Shown here: positions 57,924-64,000 of the stretch, piece after piece
Layout: each line of letters opens with the position of its first letter
How positions within the stretch are numbered: position 1 is the first letter of the stretch
Assembly (NCBI GenBank): GCA_002454505.1
Contig: DKJA01000148.1
Span: 877-64,876 of the forward strand
Direction: 5' to 3'
DNA from: Oxalobacteraceae bacterium UBA6704
GTDB taxonomy: Bacteria > Pseudomonadota > Gammaproteobacteria > Burkholderiales > Burkholderiaceae_D
Length of the DNA stretch: 64,000 nucleotides
Translations under genes and position numbers: made by a program
The notes under the pieces: generated by a model
Database searches by the model: none
What the model saw: the letters and a program-made list of their open reading frames with translations, nothing else
Told to the model about the DNA's origin: nothing

Positions 57924-58484
57924 TTATTTCTTGGCGTTCGTCTCGACCCACTGCGCAAACGCGGCGCCGAACTTGGTCAGGAATTCCTTGGTCTGTTCGT
58001 TGGCGATGCTGCCGTCGTCGCCCAGCAGCTTGGCCGAGTTGCCGATATAGACTTCCGGCGCCGGCATCACGGGCACGTTCAGGAACACCACCGCCTGGCG
58101 GATATTGTGATTCGCACCGAAGCCGCCAGTGGCGCCCGGCGACTGCGTGACGACGGCGGCCGGCTTGCCGTCCCAGATGCTTTCGCCCCACGGACGCGAA
58201 CCCACGTCAATCGCGTTCTTCAGCGCGCCGGGGATCGTGCGGTTGTATTCGGGCGACACGAACAGTACGGCATCGGTGCCTTTCAGCGTCTCGCGGAATT
58301 TCGTCCACGCGGCCGGCACATCGGCGCCTTCCAGGTCTTCGTTATACAGCGGCAGGTCGCCCAGCTCGACGAACACGGCCTCCAGCGACGCCGGCAGCAG
58401 CGCGCCGATGGCGTGGGCATATTTGCGGGTCAGCGATTCCTTGCGCAGGCTGCCGATGAGGACAGCGACTTTTTTTGCGGCCAT
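57924..58484 (-). CDS. NAD(P)H-dependent FMN reductase (ChrR/YieF-like)
   Basis: IGSLRKES, SPEYNRTIPGALKNAIDVGSRP.G, SPGATGG. Confidence 0.93.
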   Translation of the reverse strand: MAAKKVAVLIGSLRKESLTRKYAHAIGALLPASLEAVFVELGDLPLYNEDLEGADVPAAWTKFRETLKGTDAVLFVSPEYNRTIPGALKNAIDVGSRPWGESIWDGKPAAVVTQSPGATGGFGANHNIRQAVVFLNVPVMPAPEVYIGNSAKLLGDDGSIANEQTKEFLTKFGAAFAQWVETNAKK

Positions 58485-58567
58485 GAGACACTCCGTGTGG
58501 TGTTGAAAAAGCAAAATGTACAGCATGCCGCGCATCGGTGCCGACACTTGCCGTATCCTGCCCACCC

Positions 58568-58657
58568 GAAACGTTTCCCGAAAAATGGGGTCCGTCCCCA
58601 TTTTTGAAGAAACGTTTCTCGAAAAATGGGGACGGACCCCATTTTTAAAGAAATGTT
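58568..58657. repeat. REP-like inverted doublet (family D)
   Basis: AAAAATGGGGTCCGTCCCCATTTTT and AAAAATGGGGACGGACCCCATTTTT joined through GAAACGTTTC palindromes. Confidence 0.85.
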
Positions 58658-58662
58658 GGCGT

Positions 58663-58697
58663 AAAAAAAGCCACGGCGCCGGAGCGCGCGTGGCTTT
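58663..58697 (-). terminator. Intrinsic terminator of the S46 gene
   Basis: AAAGCCACG...CGTGGCTTT stem with a U-tract on the minus strand. Confidence 0.7.
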
Positions 58698-58714
58698 CGG
58701 GGAAGGAAAGACGC

Positions 58715-60871
58715 TTACAGCGCGTTCATTTCCTTCAGCAGGTTGTCGGCCTTGTCCACATGCTGCATGTTCCACAGGATGTAGCGCAGGTCGACCTGGA
58801 TGTCGCGGGTGTTGGCCTTGTTGAAGTCCCAGTCCGAGATGATCGAGTCCAGCGTGCCGTCGAAGGCCAGGCCCACCAGCTCGCCCCTGGCGTTCAGCGC
58901 GGCGGAGCCGGAGTTGCCGCCGGTGATGTCCAGCGTGGCCAGGAAGTTGACGGGCACGGTTTTCAGCTTCGGATCGACGTACTTGCCGAAGTCCTTCGCC
59001 TTGATCGCGTCCAGCTGCGGTTTCGGTGCGTTGAACTCGCCTTCTCCGGTGGCCTTGGCAACCACGCCCTTGACGGTCGTAAACGGCGTCCACGTGGTGC
59101 CGTCGGCGCCATGGTCGCGGCCGGCGATGTTGCCGTAGGTTACGCGCAGCGTGCTGTTGGCATCCGGGTAGACGGCCTGGCCCTTCGACTTCATGTAGGC
59201 GATCTTGGCTTTCATGTAGCTGCCGTAGGCCTGCTGCAGCTTGCCGGCCAGCTCTTCGTCCTGGGCTTCTTCCTTCATGTCGGCGTCGTACAGGGCGACG
59301 GCGGCCTTGATGAAGGCGTCATTGCTGCCCTGGAAGTCGGCCGGTTTCTTGTCCAGCCATGCGGAACGTTCCGCTGCATCGTTCAGCTTGGTGCCAGCGT
59401 ACAGCTTGTCCAGCGCGGCGGACAGTTCCGCATCGCTCATGCCGGCGCGCAGGCCCAGCGCCGTGTTGAACGCCGCTTTCTGTTCGGCGGCCGGCTGTGC
59501 CAGGTACTGCTTCAGGTGGTGCATGGCCAGCGCCTTGTCCACTTTGGCGTCATACGTGCGCACGAGCCCGGCCACGCCGGCCTTCATGCGCGGCAGGTCG
59601 CGCGTCTGGTAGCCGGACTTGCGGTCGGCATCCGGCTTCTGCGATTCCTGCGCCAGGCGGTACATCGCCCGCGCCGTCGTCAGCAGGCGCGGCTGCGAGT
59701 AGCTGTAGTGGAAGTCGCGTTTTACGCCGGCATCGCGCTCGGCGATCAGGGCTTCGACGGCGTCGATGTCGGCAGCGAACTCGGCTTTACGTTTCGCGTC
59801 GCCGGCCACCCATGCCTTCAGCTGCGCCTGCTCGGCCGTCTTGCGGGCCAGGAAGTCGCTGCCGGCATACGAGTCGATCATGCCCTGGCGATTCTTGTAG
59901 TAGTTGTTGATGCCGGCCACCTGGCCTGCGTATTTCAGCGCCAGGTCCTTGTCGCCCCTGGTTTCCCGGTCGATGATCGCCAGGTTCTCGCCGGACGCTT
60001 TCACGAAGGCCGGGTAGAACCAGTCGAACGTGAACTGCACTTCGGACGGCAGGCGGTGGCGGTTGGTGCGGCCCGGGTAGCCCATGGCCATCACGAAGTC
60101 GCCGTCCTTGACGCCTTCCTTGGCCAGCTTCAGGAAGTGCTTCGGCACGTACGGCACATTGTCCTTGCTGAAGTCGGCAGCCTTGCCGTCCTTGCTCACA
60201 TAGGCGCGGTAGAAGCCGTAGTCGCCCGTGTGGCGGGGCCACATCCAGTTGTCGGTGTCGCCGCCGAACTTGCCAACGCCGGCCGGTGGCGCGTGCACCA
60301 GGCGCACGTCGCGGATTTCCAGCTGCTTGATCTGGTAGAACTCGAGGCCGCCGTAGAACGACGACACGGTGCAGCGGTGCCCCTCATCCTTTTCGCAGGC
60401 CGAGACCAGGGCTTTCTGGTTCTTCTCGATCGCATCGCTGCGCGCCTTGCCGGACAGCTTGGCCACATCGGCGGTGATGATCTTGTCCGTCACGTTCAGC
60501 ACTTCCTTCGTGACGAACACGCGGGTGCCCGGCGCGGCCGGCAGCTCTTCACCCAGGTTGTGGGCGACGAAGCCGTTGGCCAGCAGATCGCGCTCCGGCG
60601 TCGAGTTCTGCGCCACGCTGCCGTACACGCAGTGGTGGTTGGTGATGACGAGGCCTTGCGGCGACACGAACGATGCCGAGCAGCCGCCCAGGCTGACGAT
60701 GGCGCCGGCCGGGAATTCCGTCAGGCGGGTCAGGCTGTTCGGGTCGAGCTTCAGGCCGGCGGCCTTCAGCTGCTTGGCGATCTGCGGCAGTTGTTGCGGC
60801 ATCCACATGCCTTCGTCGGCGTGGGCGGAAGAGATGCCGAGGACGGCGAGCGCGAGAAGAGTTTTTTTCAT
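58715..60871 (-). CDS. S46 dipeptidyl peptidase (DAP BII/DPP7 type)
   Basis: Signal peptide then DEGMW; TNHHC, DNWMWPRHTGD and DITGGNSGS triad motifs; GLAFDG (Gly, not the DPP11 Arg). Confidence 0.95.
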   Translation of the reverse strand: MKKTLLALAVLGISSAHADEGMWMPQQLPQIAKQLKAAGLKLDPNSLTRLTEFPAGAIVSLGGCSASFVSPQGLVITNHHCVYGSVAQNSTPERDLLANGFVAHNLGEELPAAPGTRVFVTKEVLNVTDKIITADVAKLSGKARSDAIEKNQKALVSACEKDEGHRCTVSSFYGGLEFYQIKQLEIRDVRLVHAPPAGVGKFGGDTDNWMWPRHTGDYGFYRAYVSKDGKAADFSKDNVPYVPKHFLKLAKEGVKDGDFVMAMGYPGRTNRHRLPSEVQFTFDWFYPAFVKASGENLAIIDRETRGDKDLALKYAGQVAGINNYYKNRQGMIDSYAGSDFLARKTAEQAQLKAWVAGDAKRKAEFAADIDAVEALIAERDAGVKRDFHYSYSQPRLLTTARAMYRLAQESQKPDADRKSGYQTRDLPRMKAGVAGLVRTYDAKVDKALAMHHLKQYLAQPAAEQKAAFNTALGLRAGMSDAELSAALDKLYAGTKLNDAAERSAWLDKKPADFQGSNDAFIKAAVALYDADMKEEAQDEELAGKLQQAYGSYMKAKIAYMKSKGQAVYPDANSTLRVTYGNIAGRDHGADGTTWTPFTTVKGVVAKATGEGEFNAPKPQLDAIKAKDFGKYVDPKLKTVPVNFLATLDITGGNSGSAALNARGELVGLAFDGTLDSIISDWDFNKANTRDIQVDLRYILWNMQHVDKADNLLKEMNAL

Positions 60872-61001
60872 CGAGTCTTGGAGTAGTGGTGGGTGTCCTG
60901 GCGCTGCAGGCCGCAGCGCGCCCAAAGTATCCGCATCGCGTCCGGATTCGTCAATCCCGAAATTTTGCAAAAAAGCGAAGGAAATTCGGTTTTTCGGACG
61001 C

Positions 61002-61028
61002 AAAAAAAGCCGGCACTGAGGCCGGCTT
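61002..61028 (-). terminator. Intrinsic terminator
   Basis: AAAAAAAGCCGGC-ACTGAG-GCCGGCTT. Confidence 0.75.
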
Positions 61029-61062
61029 CCGTTTGCTGCAGTGCAGCTTCGCAGTGAATTCC

Positions 61063-61332
61063 TTAGCGCGCGCGGCCGCGGAAGACGAGGTTCACGATCG
61101 CCAGCAGGATCACGGCGCCGAGGAACGACACGACCAGCGACATCAGGCTGAAATCGTCCGCATTGATGGTTCCCACACCGAACAGTGGCGAGAGCAGCCA
61201 GCCGCCCAGCAGTGCGCCGACGATGCCGACGACCACATTCAGGAACAGCCCCTGCTGGGCGTCCGTTTTCATGACCAGGCTGGCCAGCCAGCCGATGATG
61301 CCACCGATAACGATCCAGATAATGAAGCTCAT
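61063..61332 (-). CDS. GlsB/YeaQ/YmgE (transglycosylase-associated) stress membrane protein
   Basis: MSFIIWIVIGGIIGWLASLVM...NVVVGIVGALLGG...VSFLGAVILLAI. Confidence 0.92.
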   Translation of the reverse strand: MSFIIWIVIGGIIGWLASLVMKTDAQQGLFLNVVVGIVGALLGGWLLSPLFGVGTINADDFSLMSLVVSFLGAVILLAIVNLVFRGRAR

Positions 61333-61432
61333 GCTTTTCCCCTTTTTTTGATTGCTGATTGCGGTTGGAAACAGCCGGGCCGTGACAGCCCCGCCATGGA
61401 AAAAAGTGTAGGCGCCGGGCGCGGCCGGGTCA

Positions 61433-61493
61433 GTGCGCCAGCGTACCGAGGCGTAGGGTTCGCCTGCCGCCCCATCACGGTGCGTGAGCGTAC
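61433..61493. promoter_or_regulatory. Two GTGCG-N4-CGTAC near-palindromes in a divergent promoter
   Basis: GTGCGCCAGCGTAC (61433-61446) and GTGCGTGAGCGTAC (61480-61493). Confidence 0.55.
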
Positions 61494-61555
61494 AGAGCGT
61501 AGAGTGGCAAGCGGCCATGATGGTTCAACTTCGATCCGACTTGAAAGGAACTGCG

Positions 61556-62692
61556 ATGAACCAGTACGACAAGAATTCCCGCCTGGTGACGGGTCTGTTT
61601 ACCGACCGTGCCAGCGCCGAACGTGCCTACCACCATGCCTCCGCGCGGGGCTACAGCAAGGACGACATCAACGTGCTGATGTCCGATGAAACCCGCAAGC
61701 GCTACTTCAGCGGCGATGGCGCGATCGAAACGGAACTGGGCAGCAAGGCTGCCGAAGGCGCGGGCATCGGTGCCGGCGTGGGCGGCGCCATCGGTGCGGC
61801 GCTGGCGGCCGTAGCAGCTGTCGGCACGACGCTGGTGCTGCCGGGCCTGGGCATCGTCGTGGCCGGCCCGATCGCGGCGGCACTGGCCGGCGCCGGCGCG
61901 GGCGGCATCACGGGCGGCCTGCTGGGTGCGCTGATCGGTGCCGGCATCCCCGAGGAACGCGTGCAGCATTACGAGGAAGGCCTGAAGGGCGGCGGCATCG
62001 TGATCGGCGTGAACGCCCGCTCCGACGAAGACGCGGCCCACATCGAATCGGGCTGGAAGGACAGCGCCGGCCAGCACGTGATCGGCACCGGCATCGGCGC
62101 CGCGGGCGGTGCGGCGGCCGGTATCGCTGCCGGCACGGTGGGCGGTCCGATCGGCATGGCGGCCGGTGCCGTCGTGGGCGGCATTGCCGGCGGCCTGGCA
62201 GGCAAGGGCGCGGCGGAAGTCGTCAACCCGAAATCGGGCGACGACCTGAGTGACCACCACCTGGCCGAAGGTGTCGGCGCCGGCGGCGGTGCAATGGCGG
62301 GCATGGCGCTGGGCGTGGCGGGCGGCCCGGTGGGCATGGCAGCCGGCGGCGCGATCGGCGCGCTGGCGGGCGGCATGGCGGGCAAGGGCGTGGGCGGCCT
62401 CGTCAACCCGGCCGACGAGAAGATCTACTGGGAAAACCAGTACCGCAACGAAGCCTACTTCAACCCGGCTTACCAGTACGACGACTACGATCCGGCCTAC
62501 TCGCTGGGCTACAACTCGCGCGGCAATGCGCGCGGCAACTGGGACACCAACGAGCCGGGCCTGCGCGATGACTGGGAGCGCGTCAAGGGACGCTCGCGGT
62601 TGACGTGGGATGAGGCGAAGCATGCGACCCGCTCGGCATGGGATCGCGTGGAGCGTGCCGCGCCGGGGGATTGGGATAAGGACGGGAAGTAA
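61556..62692 (+). CDS. Glycine-zipper general-stress-type membrane protein
   Basis: AAAGGA RBS; GxxxG-rich segments, GIPEERVQHYE, Tyr/Trp/Asp-rich C-terminus. Confidence 0.75.
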   Translation: MNQYDKNSRLVTGLFTDRASAERAYHHASARGYSKDDINVLMSDETRKRYFSGDGAIETELGSKAAEGAGIGAGVGGAIGAALAAVAAVGTTLVLPGLGIVVAGPIAAALAGAGAGGITGGLLGALIGAGIPEERVQHYEEGLKGGGIVIGVNARSDEDAAHIESGWKDSAGQHVIGTGIGAAGGAAAGIAAGTVGGPIGMAAGAVVGGIAGGLAGKGAAEVVNPKSGDDLSDHHLAEGVGAGGGAMAGMALGVAGGPVGMAAGGAIGALAGGMAGKGVGGLVNPADEKIYWENQYRNEAYFNPAYQYDDYDPAYSLGYNSRGNARGNWDTNEPGLRDDWERVKGRSRLTWDEAKHATRSAWDRVERAAPGDWDKDGK

Positions 62693-62698
62693 GAGGAC

Positions 62699-62799
62699 GG
62701 GGACTGTCCCTAGAAGGGACTGTCCCCGGGGGTGTTCTTTGGCTGATCCAAAGACGTCAAAATCAACCCCGGGGACAGGCCCTTGCAGGGACAGTCCCC
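62699..62799. repeat. REP-like inverted doublet (family C)
   Basis: GGGGACTGTCCCTAGAAGGGACTGTCCCCGGGG ... CCCCGGGGACAGGCCCTTGCAGGGACAGTCCCC between convergent genes. Confidence 0.85.
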
Positions 62800-62804
62800 C
62801 TAAC

Positions 62805-63365
62805 TTACTCGGCGGCGATGGCCTCGACCTGGATCGCCAGCTTCACCTCCGGCGCAAACGCGGGAATGCCGAAGTTGACGCCGAAGTCGGTACGCTTGAA
62901 TTCCGCGGTGGCGTTCGCGCCGCACACTTCGCGTTTCAGGCGTGCATCCTGCGCGCACTTGAAGCGGTCCACCTTCAGCTGCACCGGCTTCGTCACGCCG
63001 TTCAGCGTCAGGTCGCCCTCCACGGCCACCAGCTGGTCGCCGCTGAACTTGAACGACTTGCCCTTGTAGGTGGCGGTCGGGAATTTCTCCACATTGAAGA
63101 TGTCCGGCGACTTGGCGTGCGAGTTCATCTTGTCGTGGCCGAAGTCGATCGAGGTCATGTCGATCTCGATATCGAGGCTGCCCGTTTTCGCGGCGCGATC
63201 CATCGTGATCGTGCCTTTCGTGCTGTTGAACTTGCCGCGCCACAGCGACATGCCTTTATGGTCGGCCTCGAAGCTCGGGTAGGTGTGCGACGGGTCGATA
63301 TTGTAGGTGGCGGCATTGGCTGCACCGGCGATCGCCAGCAGGGCGATGAGCAGTTTCGTCTTCAT
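62805..63365 (-). CDS. YceI-family periplasmic polyisoprenoid-binding protein
   Basis: Signal peptide, YNIDPSHT, RGKF, GDLTLNGVTKPV, FKRTDFG, IQVEA. Confidence 0.93.
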   Translation of the reverse strand: MKTKLLIALLAIAGAANAATYNIDPSHTYPSFEADHKGMSLWRGKFNSTKGTITMDRAAKTGSLDIEIDMTSIDFGHDKMNSHAKSPDIFNVEKFPTATYKGKSFKFSGDQLVAVEGDLTLNGVTKPVQLKVDRFKCAQDARLKREVCGANATAEFKRTDFGVNFGIPAFAPEVKLAIQVEAIAAE

Positions 63366-63390
63366 GAGTCTCCTTCGTGGTTGAGGTGAA

Positions 63391-63933
63391 CTATTGGCCT
63401 ACTACGTGGAACTTGATCGTGACGTCGTCGGCGACCATGCTGGTATCCTTCCACTCGCCTTCGCCGATATTGTAGGCCAGGCGCTTGATCGGCACCGCAC
63501 CGTCGAATACCTGCTTGCCGGCTTCCGTTTTCACGGTGACGGGGAAGGTCACATCGGTCGCCTTGCCCTTGATCGTCAGCTTGCCGGTGACGGTCAGCTT
63601 GCCCGGGCCGGCGGCCTTGATGGCGGACGACACGAAGGTCGCTTTCGGGAACTGCGCGGCGTTGAACCATTCCTTCTTCGCCACTTCCTTGTTGTATTCC
63701 GGATCGCCCATGTCCAGGCTCGCGGTCTCCACTTCCACGGTGGCTTTCGACGCATCCGGCTTGGCCGCATCGTAGTCGATCACCACGTGGTGCTTGGTGA
63801 ATTTCGATTCGACGGGCACGTTCATCTGCTTGAACACGGCCGACACGGACGATTTCGCCGGGTCGGTTTTCAGTACGGCGGCACCGGCGGTCAGCGACAG
63901 GCCAACGAGGGAAGCGATAAGGATTTTCTTCAT
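63391..63933 (-). CDS. YceI-family protein (second paralog)
   Basis: Signal peptide, FKQMNVPVESKF, WFNAAQFPKATF, GKLTIKG, IGEGEW.D...VADDV. Confidence 0.92.
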   Translation of the reverse strand: MKKILIASLVGLSLTAGAAVLKTDPAKSSVSAVFKQMNVPVESKFTKHHVVIDYDAAKPDASKATVEVETASLDMGDPEYNKEVAKKEWFNAAQFPKATFVSSAIKAAGPGKLTVTGKLTIKGKATDVTFPVTVKTEAGKQVFDGAVPIKRLAYNIGEGEWKDTSMVADDVTIKFHVVGQ

Positions 63934-63954
63934 GAACAGGGGCTCCGGGTCAGG

Positions 63955-64000
63955 TTAGGGAAGCATGCGTTTCAGGACATCGTCGCGGTCGACGAAGTGG
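63955..64000 (-). CDS. Cytochrome b561 (YceJ-like), C-terminal end only
   Basis: HFVDRDDVLKRMLP* is the typical cytochrome b561 C-terminus, and this gene normally precedes yceI. Confidence 0.7.
   Translation of the reverse strand, partial: HFVDRDDVLKRMLP

Noticed and set aside
58568..58657. Repeated palindromic units as a possible mini-CRISPR
   Set aside because: Only two units, in inverted orientation, without unique spacers or cas genes; they belong to the dispersed REP-like family.

Overview
High-GC betaproteobacterial chromosome segment. The gene content suggests Oxalobacteraceae (Massilia/Pseudoduganella-like), but that is an inference. In order, the window holds: (1) a Fur-boxed FepA/PirA-type siderophore receptor operon with DUF3649/PepSY/DUF3325 genes and an OmpR-family two-component pair; (2) a probable cellobionate-utilisation regulon (GPH-type MFS transporter, GH94 cellobionate phosphorylase, gluconokinase, LacI-type GntR), with two identical operators and a small leader ORF plus terminator; (3) an FRG-domain gene and a YafY-type HTH-WYL regulator whose apparent target promoter reads into a double-hairpin small RNA rather than a protein gene; (4) a CusRS-like heavy-metal two-component system divergent from czcE/DUF305/YncE; (5) an ArgR-like AraC regulator and an arginine succinyltransferase operon with a large NAD-glutamate dehydrogenase gene between astB and astE; (6) assorted metabolic and transport genes and a FecA-like receptor; (7) an auxiliary T6SS effector cluster vgrG-eagR-rhs(PAAR, AHH-like nuclease)-immunity-immunity; (8) EamA, FUSC, M14 and S46 peptidases, stress proteins and a yceI-yceI pair plus the end of a cytochrome b561 gene. 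Several families of short intergenic palindromic repeats occur throughout and share one 13-bp core geometry. I saw no CRISPR array, tRNA, rRNA or intact transposase. All family assignments come from motif recognition by eye, not database searches.
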